Assembly (NCBI GenBank): GCA_963752475.1
Contig: CAVVYR010000008.1
Location: 512,001 to 576,000, forward strand
DNA: 64,000 bases
Direction of reading: 5' to 3'
Source of the DNA: an uncultured Chloroflexia bacterium
GTDB lineage: Bacteria; Chloroflexota; Limnocylindria; Limnocylindrales; CSP1-4
The notes under the pieces were generated by a model. The model was not told the origin of the DNA. It made no database searches and saw nothing but the letters and a program-made list of their open reading frames with translations. A program made the translations under genes and the position numbers. Each line of letters opens with the position of its first letter. Positions within the stretch are counted from its first letter, which is position 1. Below are positions 20,741-29,667 of this stretch, piece by piece.

Positions 20741-21013
20741 CTACCCGCTGTTGATCACGCTGTCTACGTGGCGGAAGCCCTCGTTGATGATGTCCTCGAA
20801 CAGGCCGCTCACGCTCGTGCCCAGGAAGATCAAGGCCACGATGGCCACGATGGCGATGAGCCCCAGGATGAGTGTGTATTCGGCGAGGCCCTGGCCTCGC
20901 TGGTCAGTAGCCTTGCCGGGATCCGGCAGCAGGAGGGCACGCAGCGACCGGACCGGCCGTGAGCGAGCGACTCTCTCGGTGACCTTGACCACCGTGTCTC
21001 GTAGCTTCTCCAT
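20741..21013 (-). CDS. flp: Flp family type IVb pilin 3 (90 aa, long leader)
   Basis: DQRG|QGLAEYTLILGLIAIVAIV; GGAG RBS before ATG. Confidence 0.88.
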   Translation of the reverse strand: MEKLRDTVVKVTERVARSRPVRSLRALLLPDPGKATDQRGQGLAEYTLILGLIAIVAIVALIFLGTSVSGLFEDIINEGFRHVDSVINSG

Positions 21014-21063
21014 CAGGTGTCTCCGATGGCGGATGACAGAGCACGCCATACGTCTCCACGGTG

Positions 21064-21118
21064 AGCTGCGTATCCGGCCATCGGGAATGATGATGGTTCG
21101 ATGGCCGCTCGCCGCAGC
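21064..21118 (-). promoter_or_regulatory. Conserved flp-leader hairpin motif, copy B
   Basis: Loop (A)ACCATCATCATTCC closed by 9-bp CGGCCATCG/CGATGGCCG; followed 13 nt later by CGCAGCT. Confidence 0.6.
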
Positions 21119-21377
21119 GAGGTGGTGATGCCGGGGTCGCTCGGAGCTGCCCCTGTTGGTCGTTCTCGGTCGATCCGAGGATGAGATGAATGCGCCGTTC
21201 CGCAACCTGGGCCGTCGGGCCACGCGGTTCAGCCACGCCAACCTACCTCTGCTCACCGCGCACCGATATGGCCCCAAAGAGCCACGCGGGTGGTGACGGC
21301 GGGCACCATCCGGCCCTGCTCCTGAGCAGGGATGGAAGTGTGGACGGGGGTATCATCGCGGCCGAGCAGGAGGGACC

Positions 21378-22895
21378 GTGGTCACGACAGACGAACAAGA
21401 CACCTGGATCAATCCGCGCGATCCGGCCAAGGCGCTGGGTCCGGACGGACAGCCGGCCCGCAGCCGTCGCGCCCCCTACTACGCGGATGTGCCCGACGAG
21501 CAGTGGGACAGCTGGAAGTGGCAGCTCTCGAACCGCGTCAACGACCTCGAGACGTTCACCCAGATCCTCGAGCTGACCGACAACGAACGGGAAGGACTCG
21601 GCGCGCCGGACAAGTTCCGCGTCGATATCACGCCCTACTTCATCAGCCTCATCGACCCCAACGACCCCAACGACCCCATCCGCCGTCAGGTCATGCCGCT
21701 CGGCGACGAGCAGGAAGCCTTCACCGCGATGATGGACGACTCGCTGCGCGAAGATCAGCACTCGCCGGTCCCGGGCCTGGTCCACCGTTATCCCGATCGC
21801 GTGCTGATGCTGGTGACGACCCAGTGTGCGGTCTACTGCCGCTACTGCACACGCTCGCGCATCGTCGGCGACGCCACCCAGAACTTCAACTCGAAGGACT
21901 TCGAGGCCCAGCTCGACTACCTCCGTCGAACCCCTCAGGTCCGTGACGTGCTGCTCAGCGGCGGTGATCCGTTGACGATGTCGCCCAAGCTGCTGGAGCG
22001 GGTGCTGCGTGGGCTGCGCGAGATCGAGCACATCGAGATCATCCGCATGGGCACGCGCGTGCCGGTATTCATGCCACAGCGCATCGACGACGACCTCTGC
22101 GCCATGCTCGAGCGCTACCACCCGATGTGGGTGAACCTCCACTTCAACCATCCCAACGAGATCACCCCAGAGGTCGCTCGGGCGGTCGACAAGCTCAGCC
22201 GTACCGGCGTGCCCATCGGCAACCAGTCGGTGCTGCTGGCGGGCGTCAACGACTGCGTCCACATCCAGCGAGACCTGGTCCACAAGCTGGTCGAGAACCG
22301 CATCCGTCCGTACTACCTCTACCAGTGCGACCTGGTGCAGGGTGCCGGCCACTTTCGGACGCCGGTGGGCAAGGGCCTCGAGATCATCGAGGGCCTGCGC
22401 GGGCACACCTCCGGCTACGCGGTGCCGACGTACGTCGTCGACGCCCCCGGTGGCGGGGGCAAGATCCCGGTCATGCCCAACTACCTCATCAGCTACTCCG
22501 ATCACAAGGTCGTCCTGCGTAACTACGAGGGTTACATCACGACCTACGAGGAGCCGAGGGAGTACAGCCCGCATGACCAGCGTGCCTGCTCCTACTGCCG
22601 GAACCAGCGCTCCGAGCCCGGCCAAAGCGGCGTCCACGGCTTGCTCCAGGGCGACGCCATGTGGATCGAGCCAGCCGGGCACACCGAGATCCATGCCCGC
22701 GGCAACACCGAGGCCCATCGACTGCAGGCGCCCGAGAAGTGGGTGCCCTACGGCGTCGGGCCCATCGAGGGCCAAGCCGCGCCCGCTCAGGCAAAGCTGG
22801 CGGGCGGCGACGAGACGCCCCAGTACGGCCCCGGCGAGGAGCCACGACCGCGCGAGGGTGAGCCCACCGGCTCCGCTCACGGCGAATTGCTCTAG
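21378..22895 (+). CDS. kamA: Lysine 2,3-aminomutase (KamA-family radical SAM)
   Basis: HRYPDR, CAVYCRYC, SGGDPL, HFNHP, NQSVLL, DAPGGGGKIP, LRNYEG. Confidence 0.93.
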   Translation: MVTTDEQDTWINPRDPAKALGPDGQPARSRRAPYYADVPDEQWDSWKWQLSNRVNDLETFTQILELTDNEREGLGAPDKFRVDITPYFISLIDPNDPNDPIRRQVMPLGDEQEAFTAMMDDSLREDQHSPVPGLVHRYPDRVLMLVTTQCAVYCRYCTRSRIVGDATQNFNSKDFEAQLDYLRRTPQVRDVLLSGGDPLTMSPKLLERVLRGLREIEHIEIIRMGTRVPVFMPQRIDDDLCAMLERYHPMWVNLHFNHPNEITPEVARAVDKLSRTGVPIGNQSVLLAGVNDCVHIQRDLVHKLVENRIRPYYLYQCDLVQGAGHFRTPVGKGLEIIEGLRGHTSGYAVPTYVVDAPGGGGKIPVMPNYLISYSDHKVVLRNYEGYITTYEEPREYSPHDQRACSYCRNQRSEPGQSGVHGLLQGDAMWIEPAGHTEIHARGNTEAHRLQAPEKWVPYGVGPIEGQAAPAQAKLAGGDETPQYGPGEEPRPREGEPTGSAHGELL

Positions 22896-22897
22896 CC

Positions 22898-23338
22898 GTG
22901 GGTCTTCTCAAGCGTCTCTTCGGTGGCGGCGCCGATGATGGTGACATGCCCAGCGGGCAGCCTGCCGACGATGCCGAGTGGCGCCAGTCGGCCGAAGCCA
23001 CCTTCGAGGCTCACGGGGACAAGCACCGCGTGACCTTCTGGATGCGCCTTTACGACCCCGACTTCGAGACCATGCGCGAGCAGCAGCGGGTGTTCGCCCT
23101 CGAGAACGCGCTCATGCGTGCGCTCGACGAGGCCGGTGCCGGCGAGCACGACACCAACTCGCTGGAGAAGGGCTACATGGCCATGCGCATGGTGGGCGAC
23201 GATGCCGACGCCATCGTGGCCGTGGTCCTGCCGCTGTTGGCGGAGGCCCCGGCGGGCAGCTACCTGGCGGTGCGCCGCGGGCCTGCCGGTGAGGGCGAGG
23301 ACCGCATCGAGGTCGGCCTCGGCGCCGACGAGTCCTAG
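22898..23338 (+). CDS. Hypothetical protein
   Basis: Starts 2 nt after kamA stop, MGLLKRLFGG N-terminus, typical codon use. Confidence 0.7.
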   Translation: MGLLKRLFGGGADDGDMPSGQPADDAEWRQSAEATFEAHGDKHRVTFWMRLYDPDFETMREQQRVFALENALMRALDEAGAGEHDTNSLEKGYMAMRMVGDDADAIVAVVLPLLAEAPAGSYLAVRRGPAGEGEDRIEVGLGADES

Positions 23339-23352
23339 CCTCACCAGCGACG

Positions 23353-23766
23353 ATGCGACTGCGCCAGACACCGGGCCTGCCCGACCCGAACATCCAGCCG
23401 CCCGTCGTGGCCGAGCCTGCCGATCCCTTCGCCCAGCTGCGTGTCGTCCACCTGCTCGGGCGCATCCCGCGCGGCACGGCCGTGCGCGTGCGCGACATCG
23501 TCGACCAGCTCGATGCCGACTACCTCGACTGGTCCTTCTCGCGGGATGTCGTGGTTTCGACGGTGGTGCAGCTGCAGGCGAACTGGCTGACCGACTATCG
23601 CAACAGCGACGGCATCGTGCTGGACGACGGCCCCACCGGTCTCGAGCTGACCATCGAGGACAGCAGCCGGGTCGACCCCTGGATCGTGCGCCAGGCAGAG
23701 CGACTGGCCTTGGCCTGTGCCGAACAGCTGGTGGAGTTCTCGGTCGAAGAGGGCGGCGCCGCCTGA
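23353..23766 (+). CDS. Hypothetical protein (possible winged-helix fold)
   Basis: Typical codon use, helical pattern VRDIVDQL; co-oriented with kamA. Confidence 0.7.
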   Translation: MRLRQTPGLPDPNIQPPVVAEPADPFAQLRVVHLLGRIPRGTAVRVRDIVDQLDADYLDWSFSRDVVVSTVVQLQANWLTDYRNSDGIVLDDGPTGLELTIEDSSRVDPWIVRQAERLALACAEQLVEFSVEEGGAA

Positions 23767-23767
23767 T

Positions 23768-24850
23768 TCAGGCCCGAGCCCTGGCTTCGTAGACCTCGTC
23801 GATGACGCTGAGCGAAACCTCGATCGGCGCCTGCCAGTAGTTGGTCAGGAAGGCCACCGCGAAGCCATGCTCGGGCTCGACCCACAGGCGGCCTCCGGTG
23901 ATCCCGCCATGGGTGAAGGCACGAGCGGAGCCCGTCCAGTGTCGCTGCGGCAGCCGCCAGCCCAACCCCTGGCGGACCTCCCGCTCGACGCCGTCGTCGG
24001 AGACATGGGTCCAGCCCTCGGTGTGGTTGCGCGTCATCTCCGCGATCGCGCCCTGGGACAGCACCCGCGGACCCGGGGCACCGGGATCGGGAGGCAACAG
24101 CGCGCGACCCAGCCGTAGTAGGTCTCCGAGCGTGCCGAACATGCCTCCGCCAGGCATCCGAGCTACCGCCAGGAAGCGCATCAGCACCTCCTGCACCAAT
24201 CGGTTGTCGGCCCCGAAGCCGCGGACCGGGAGCGCCCGGTCGCGCAGGGGCCGCGCATCGAAGGTCGTGTCCACCATGCCCAGCGGCTCTGTCAGCCGCT
24301 CGGCGAGGGCCTCGTCGAAGGGGCGCTTGCTGAGGGCCGCCATGACTTCGGCCAGGAGGATGAAGGCCACCGAGTTGTAGTCGTAGGCCGAGCCAGGCTC
24401 GGTCTCGCAGCGCGATTCGCGGACCCAGCGGATGGCGCGCTCGTAGGTCGGTCGCTCCGAGCGCAGCGACTCGACGGGCATGTCTGGCAGCCCGGAAGTG
24501 TGCGTCAGCACCTGCGCCGCGGTCACCGCGCCGGCGTCGCTCTCGGCCATATCCGGCAGATAGCGCCGCAGCGGTGCTTCGAGGTCGAGCCGACCCTCGT
24601 CGACGTAGCGCATCACGGCCGTGGACACGACGCCCTTGGTCAGCGAGGCCAGGAAGAAGACGGTCCGCAGGTCGATGGTGCCTTCACCACCGGGCACGAA
24701 GTCGCAGCGACGGCGTCCGGCGGCGTCGATGACGCCGATCGCGGCACAGGAGACGACCCCGTCCGCGACCCAGCGAGCCGCTCGCTCGCGCGCGGGCCCG
24801 AGGTCGATGTCGAGGGGCTGGCTGGCGATGGCGTGGGCGGGAACGGTCAT
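23768..24850 (-). CDS. Serine hydrolase, beta-lactamase family
   Basis: ASLTK (SxxK), LTHTSGL, YDYN, HGG motif. Confidence 0.9.
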   Translation of the reverse strand: MTVPAHAIASQPLDIDLGPARERAARWVADGVVSCAAIGVIDAAGRRRCDFVPGGEGTIDLRTVFFLASLTKGVVSTAVMRYVDEGRLDLEAPLRRYLPDMAESDAGAVTAAQVLTHTSGLPDMPVESLRSERPTYERAIRWVRESRCETEPGSAYDYNSVAFILLAEVMAALSKRPFDEALAERLTEPLGMVDTTFDARPLRDRALPVRGFGADNRLVQEVLMRFLAVARMPGGGMFGTLGDLLRLGRALLPPDPGAPGPRVLSQGAIAEMTRNHTEGWTHVSDDGVEREVRQGLGWRLPQRHWTGSARAFTHGGITGGRLWVEPEHGFAVAFLTNYWQAPIEVSLSVIDEVYEARARA

Positions 24851-24870
24851 CTGGCCCGATGATAGGCGGC

Positions 24871-25200
24871 GTGACCCGAGACGAGTACATCACCGCCACA
24901 CGTGCCCTCATCGCCGAGGGCGAACGCATCAGCGCCCGTCCCTCGATGCCGGCCCTGCAGACCTGGATCGCGGCCTCGGATGAGCTCCTGCGCAACGCCT
25001 GGGGCTCGATGGATCGCTATCACCTCTCCTGGCTGATGGTCGGCCGCCCGGCCGATGCCGTGCGTGGCCGCGCCATGACGCCTGAGGAGGAGATCGACTA
25101 CGTGCAGGAGGTGGCCGTGGCCAAGACAGCCGCGTTGCGCATGAGCCTCAAGGCCGTCGAGGAGGACGGCATGCCCTTCGTGGGCGAGACCACGGCGTAG
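24871..25200 (+). CDS. Hypothetical protein
   Basis: Typical codon use; start 24859 or 24871. Confidence 0.65.
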   Translation: MTRDEYITATRALIAEGERISARPSMPALQTWIAASDELLRNAWGSMDRYHLSWLMVGRPADAVRGRAMTPEEEIDYVQEVAVAKTAALRMSLKAVEEDGMPFVGETTA

Positions 25201-25206
25201 CGACCG

Positions 25207-25683
25207 TCAGGCGGAGCGCGGCCGGGCGCCGAACAGGGCAGCCAGCACGTACAGCACCAGCCCCGCCACCTCGAGCCAGCCGAGCTGCGGGCTGAGCCAA
25301 TCGAGGAAGGGCGTGTGCTGCAGACGCTCGACGAACGTGCGCGTCGACTCTTGCAGCAGGGCCATGGCCGTCATCCAGGTGAGCATGAGCCCGACCAGCC
25401 AGGACAGGGCCGCGATGAGCACGGCGACGACAGGATGGGCGCGCACCGACCACAGGATCTGGCCTATGAGCCAACCGCCGACGACGGCGACGGCCAGGAC
25501 ACCGGGGAACTCCAGCACGCCCTTGAGGAAGGCCCAGGCCACGGCCGAAAGGAGCGCCACCAGCACGGCCTCGGCGAGCGCGACGCGCAGGCTCCGGGGC
25601 CGGAAACGGTCCGGACCCTCGACGTGGTGCACCGGTGGTGGAGGGGTGCTCGATGTCGGGCGGCGGTCGCCGGGCTCGGTCAT
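25207..25683 (-). CDS. Membrane protein of unknown function
   Basis: 4 TM segments; TAGAGT-N7-ATG leaderless-type start. Confidence 0.7.
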   Translation of the reverse strand: MTEPGDRRPTSSTPPPPVHHVEGPDRFRPRSLRVALAEAVLVALLSAVAWAFLKGVLEFPGVLAVAVVGGWLIGQILWSVRAHPVVAVLIAALSWLVGLMLTWMTAMALLQESTRTFVERLQHTPFLDWLSPQLGWLEVAGLVLYVLAALFGARPRSA

Positions 25684-25738
25684 GGCGACAACTCTAGCCG
25701 CGCGAGGCTCGCTGAGGTCGCTAGACTGTTGCTCGCCC

Positions 25739-26239
25739 ATGTCACACCCCGCGATCGGACGACCTCCCGCTGACGCCACCGCCGGACATCCGGCCGTGGC
25801 CGCACGCCTGCGAGGCGCGGCCCGCCTGCCAGCCACTGCGCTCGAGGCGGCCTACCGCATCGACCAGACGCTCCCCGAGCGCTACGACGAGCTGATGCAG
25901 CGCAAGTTCCTGCGCGACTACGAGCAGTACATCGAGCAGCTCGCACGAGCGATCGAGACCGACGAGGACCACTTCCTCGTCGTGTGGGGCGAGTCCATCG
26001 TGCCCATCTACCGCCGCCGCAACGTGCGCATGAACGACGTGGTCTCGCTGGTGCGGGGCCTCGAGGAGGCGGCCGTGGCTGCCGGCCCCGCTGGCGACGC
26101 GCAGATCATCCGCGCACCCATCGATGCCCTCGTCGAGCGGCTCCGCCACCATCGTCGGCTGCCGGGCGACCACGAGGGCAACGCTGCGGTCCGCTTCGTC
26201 TGGAAGGGCGCCGGCTTCGGCGACGACACCGTCGTATGA
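25739..26239 (+). CDS. Hypothetical protein with phycobiliprotein/globin-like helical pattern
   Basis: RYDE..QRKFLRDYEQYIEQLARAI..D...Y.RRNV.M pattern; fold call by eye. Confidence 0.6.
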   Translation: MSHPAIGRPPADATAGHPAVAARLRGAARLPATALEAAYRIDQTLPERYDELMQRKFLRDYEQYIEQLARAIETDEDHFLVVWGESIVPIYRRRNVRMNDVVSLVRGLEEAAVAAGPAGDAQIIRAPIDALVERLRHHRRLPGDHEGNAAVRFVWKGAGFGDDTVV

Positions 26240-26526
26240 CCATCAAGTGGATCAACTCGGACCCGTTGGTCATGAACGGCGAACCCTTCTGCTACGGCAC
26301 CCGACTGACCGTGCGCAACCTGCTCGAGATGCGCAGCAACGGCGTGACCCCGGCGGAGATGCTGGGCCAGCACCCCGAGCTCAAGCAGGTCGGCATCGCC
26401 GAGGCTTTCCGCTACGCGCTCGAGAACCCCGACCGCTACGAGGGCTTCCTCGAGCCTGACGGGTCGCTGAAGGGTCCGGGCTTCGACCCCGAGACCGCCG
26501 AGCGACTCCCCCAACACCTACGCTAG
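26236..26526 (+). CDS. DUF433 domain protein
   Basis: [41 protein letters not shown]. Confidence 0.85.
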   Translation: MTIKWINSDPLVMNGEPFCYGTRLTVRNLLEMRSNGVTPAEMLGQHPELKQVGIAEAFRYALENPDRYEGFLEPDGSLKGPGFDPETAERLPQHLR

Positions 26527-26545
26527 CCCGGCGGATGTGAGGCCC

Positions 26546-27691
26546 ATGAGCAAGACCATCGGGATCCTCACCGCCGGCGGCGACAGCCCCGGCCTCAACG
26601 CCGCCATCCGCGGCGTCGGCAAGACCGCCATCGGCGCCTACGACATGCGCGTCATCGGCTTCCGCGACGGTTTCCGCGGACTGATGGAGAACCGCGGTGT
26701 CGACCTCGACAAGTCGCAGCTCTCGGGCATCCTCACCATCGGCGGCACCATCCTGGGCACCAGCCGCGACAAGCCCCACCGCATGCTCGTTGGCGGCCAG
26801 ACGCTGGACATGACCGACGTCATCGTCGAGAACTACACGAATCACCACCTCGACGCGATCGTCTGCCTTGGCGGCGGCGGGACCCAGAAGAACGCGTACC
26901 GCCTGCACAAGAAGGGTCTCAACGTGGTGACCCTGCCCAAGACCATCGACAACGACGTCTTCGGTACCGACATGACGTTCGGCTTCGATACCGCCCTGGG
27001 CATCGCCACCGAGGCCATCGACCGCCTGCACAGCACCGCCCACAGCCACCACCGCATCATCGTGGTCGAGGTCATGGGCCACAACACCGGCTGGCTGGCG
27101 CTGGGGGCAGGGGTCGCCGGTGGTGCGGACGTCATCCTCATCCCGGAGATCCCCTACGACATCGAGGCTGTGGCCGAAGCCATCCGACAGCGCCACCGTC
27201 GTGGGGCCTCGTTCAGCATCGTGGCCGTCTCCGAGGGGGCCCTGTCACGCGACCGCGCCGAGGCGCTGGCCGAAGCCGAGGCCAAGGTCGCCGCCGCCAA
27301 GAAGGCCAAGAAGAGCGGTGACGGCGATGACAAGGACATCAAGGCCGCCAAGGCCCGGGTCGCGGAGGTTCGGGGACACATCGGCCGGGCCACGCTCGAG
27401 CTCTCCGAGCAACTCGAGGAACGCACCACCCTCGAGTCACGCGTGACCATCCTGGGGCATATCCAGCGCGGCGGCACACCCTCCGCAGCGGATCGTCTGC
27501 TGGCGACGCGCCTGGGTGCCGCCACCGTCGAGGTCATCAACGAGGAACGGTTCGGCGTCATGGTCGCGTCTCGCGGCGAGGAAGCGGTGCCGGTGCCACT
27601 CGCGAAGATCGTGGGCAAGCGCAAGACCGTGCCCCTCGACCACCCCTGGGTCCAGACGGCGCGCAGCATCGGGACCTCGCTCGGGGACTGA
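26546..27691 (+). CDS. pfkA: 6-phosphofructokinase
   Basis: [38 protein letters not shown]. Confidence 0.96.
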   Translation: MSKTIGILTAGGDSPGLNAAIRGVGKTAIGAYDMRVIGFRDGFRGLMENRGVDLDKSQLSGILTIGGTILGTSRDKPHRMLVGGQTLDMTDVIVENYTNHHLDAIVCLGGGGTQKNAYRLHKKGLNVVTLPKTIDNDVFGTDMTFGFDTALGIATEAIDRLHSTAHSHHRIIVVEVMGHNTGWLALGAGVAGGADVILIPEIPYDIEAVAEAIRQRHRRGASFSIVAVSEGALSRDRAEALAEAEAKVAAAKKAKKSGDGDDKDIKAAKARVAEVRGHIGRATLELSEQLEERTTLESRVTILGHIQRGGTPSAADRLLATRLGAATVEVINEERFGVMVASRGEEAVPVPLAKIVGKRKTVPLDHPWVQTARSIGTSLGD

Positions 27692-27746
27692 TCACACAGG
27701 CCGCTACTGCGGGATTCGGCCGGGCGCGGTGTAGGATGGCTCGACC

Positions 27747-28106
27747 ATGTCTGATCCGACCATCACCAACGACTCCATCGGCCCCACCATCGCCCCTGCC
27801 GACGACGAGCAGCCGGCGTTCGATCCCGTGCAGCGCTCGCGTGAGCTGGCGGTCCTCGATGCCCTGCGCTCCGTGGTCGACCCGGAGATCGGCATGAACG
27901 TGGTCGAGCTCGCGCTCATCAGGCAGGTCATCCTGGGAGACGAGCTGACCGAGATCAAGATGATCCTGACCACGCCCTTCTGCCCCTACGCCGGGTCCAT
28001 GATCCAGCAGGTGAAGGAAGCCGCCGAGGAGGCCGAGGGCCACGAGGTCAAGGTGACGCTCCTGGCCGAGCGTTGGGACCCGCGCGATGCGGGCCTGACC
28101 TGGTAG
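27747..28106 (+). CDS. Metal-sulfur cluster assembly factor (DUF59, SufT/PaaD-like)
   Basis: VVDPEIGMNVVEL, LTTPFCP, W motif. Confidence 0.88.
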   Translation: MSDPTITNDSIGPTIAPADDEQPAFDPVQRSRELAVLDALRSVVDPEIGMNVVELALIRQVILGDELTEIKMILTTPFCPYAGSMIQQVKEAAEEAEGHEVKVTLLAERWDPRDAGLTW

Positions 28107-28135
28107 CTCGCCGGGCGGCGATCCGCCGCAGCGTC

Positions 28136-28717
28136 GTGGCCACGGGGGTGGGGGACGACGGCACCACTGGTCTGCTCTTCGGCGGCCGTGTGCCAAAGGA
28201 CGATCCCCGCACCGAGGCCTATGGCACGGTCGATGAGGCCGTGTCCTGCCTGGGGCTGGCGCGCGCCGAGCTCGTGGCGCTCGAGGCCTCCGGCGTGTTG
28301 CCTGCCTCGCTTTCCGATCTTGCCGCCACGGTGCTGCAGCTGCAGCGCGACCTCTTCGTGGCCGGTGCCGAGTTGGCCGCCAACCCTGAGGCCTGGGACC
28401 GCCTGGTCGACGGCCAGACGCGCGTCGACGAGCCGATGTTGGAGCGTCTCGAGACCCTCCTCGCCGAGGCCGAGGCCAGCGTCGAGATGCCTCGTGAGTT
28501 CACCGTTCCCGGCGCCGACCGTGTCTCGGCCGCGCTGGAGTTGGCGCGCGCCGTGACTCGCCGCGCAGAGCGTCGCGTGACCTCGCTCGATCGCAACGGC
28601 CAGGTGGCCGGCGACTGGGTCGTGCCCTGGCTCAACCGCCTCGCGGATCTGCTCTGGACGTACGCCCGGCTCGTGGAGCAGGCCGGTCTGGGCACGACCG
28701 AGACCGTCCGCACCTGA
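28136..28717 (+). CDS. pduO: Cob(I)alamin adenosyltransferase, PduO type
   Basis: TGVGDDGTT, KDDPRTEAYGTVDE, ARAVTRRAER, LNRLAD; start uncertain (28073-28136). Confidence 0.9.
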   Translation: MATGVGDDGTTGLLFGGRVPKDDPRTEAYGTVDEAVSCLGLARAELVALEASGVLPASLSDLAATVLQLQRDLFVAGAELAANPEAWDRLVDGQTRVDEPMLERLETLLAEAEASVEMPREFTVPGADRVSAALELARAVTRRAERRVTSLDRNGQVAGDWVVPWLNRLADLLWTYARLVEQAGLGTTETVRT

Positions 28718-28806
28718 CGCGCAGCGGGGCGATTCCGGCCCGCTCGCTAGACTGGAGGACTCATCGGCCCGCGTTCGCGCGGGCGCTTGGAAAGGAATCG
28801 AAACCC

Positions 28807-29568
28807 GTGCAGTCACGCGACAACGACCCCTACAACCGCTCTCAGGCGCCGGCGACGGTGTCCGAGCGGGACCAGACCGTCGAGACCCTCGGTGGTGTCA
28901 TCGAGTCCAGCCCGCCGCGCGAAGGCTTCCTCACCGGCGCTTTCGTGTGGATGTTCGTGGGTGTGCTCCTCTCGGGCATCTCGGCCTCGTTCGTGATGAA
29001 CAATGCCGCCCTGATGGAGACGGTCCTCGACTACTGGATCTTCCTCTTCATCGGCCAGATCGGCCTGGTGATGGTCATCAGCTTCGCCATCAACCGCATC
29101 TCGTCCACCGCGGCGCTGCTGCTGTTCTTCGTCTACGCCCTGACCATGGGCCTGACGCTGGGCGTCATCGTGACCGCTTACGTGGGCATCATCGGTGCCT
29201 CTGGCGTGGTCTCGGCCTTCGCCGGCGCGGCCGCCATCTTCGGTGGTGCCGCGGTCTACGGCTACGCCACCGGCCGCGACCTGACCAGCCTCGGCGGCAT
29301 CCTCTTCATGGGCCTGCTGGGACTGATCGTGGTCATGGTCCTGCAGATCTTCTTCTTCGCTGACAGCACCACCGCCAGCCTGCTCATCGGCATCGGCGGT
29401 GTGGTCATCTTCACCGGCCTCACCGCCTGGGACGTGCAGCGTCTGAAGAACGGCGCCATGCAAGGCATCAACAAGGAATCAGCCACTGTGCTGGGTGCGC
29501 TGATGCTCTATCTCGACTTCATCAACCTGTTCCTGTTCATGCTCCGCATCTTCGGCAGCAGTCGCTGA
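28807..29568 (+). CDS. Bax inhibitor-1/YccA family membrane protein
   Basis: 7 TM, TGRDLT, TAWDVQRLK, ALMLYLDFINLFL. Confidence 0.93.
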   Translation: MQSRDNDPYNRSQAPATVSERDQTVETLGGVIESSPPREGFLTGAFVWMFVGVLLSGISASFVMNNAALMETVLDYWIFLFIGQIGLVMVISFAINRISSTAALLLFFVYALTMGLTLGVIVTAYVGIIGASGVVSAFAGAAAIFGGAAVYGYATGRDLTSLGGILFMGLLGLIVVMVLQIFFFADSTTASLLIGIGGVVIFTGLTAWDVQRLKNGAMQGINKESATVLGALMLYLDFINLFLFMLRIFGSSR

Positions 29569-29667
29569 TCCCGAGCAGTCGACGGTCACGACCGTCTCCA
29601 TCCGCAACATCTGAGAGGGCCTCGCCGGTGAACGGCGGGGCTCTCGTCGGATCGAAGAGGGGTATCC

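Noticed and set aside
19254-20900. Repeated ~70-bp sequence as a CRISPR array or DGR template/variable repeat
   Set aside because: These are the conserved coding cores of three flp paralogs; no regular spacers, cas genes or reverse transcriptase.
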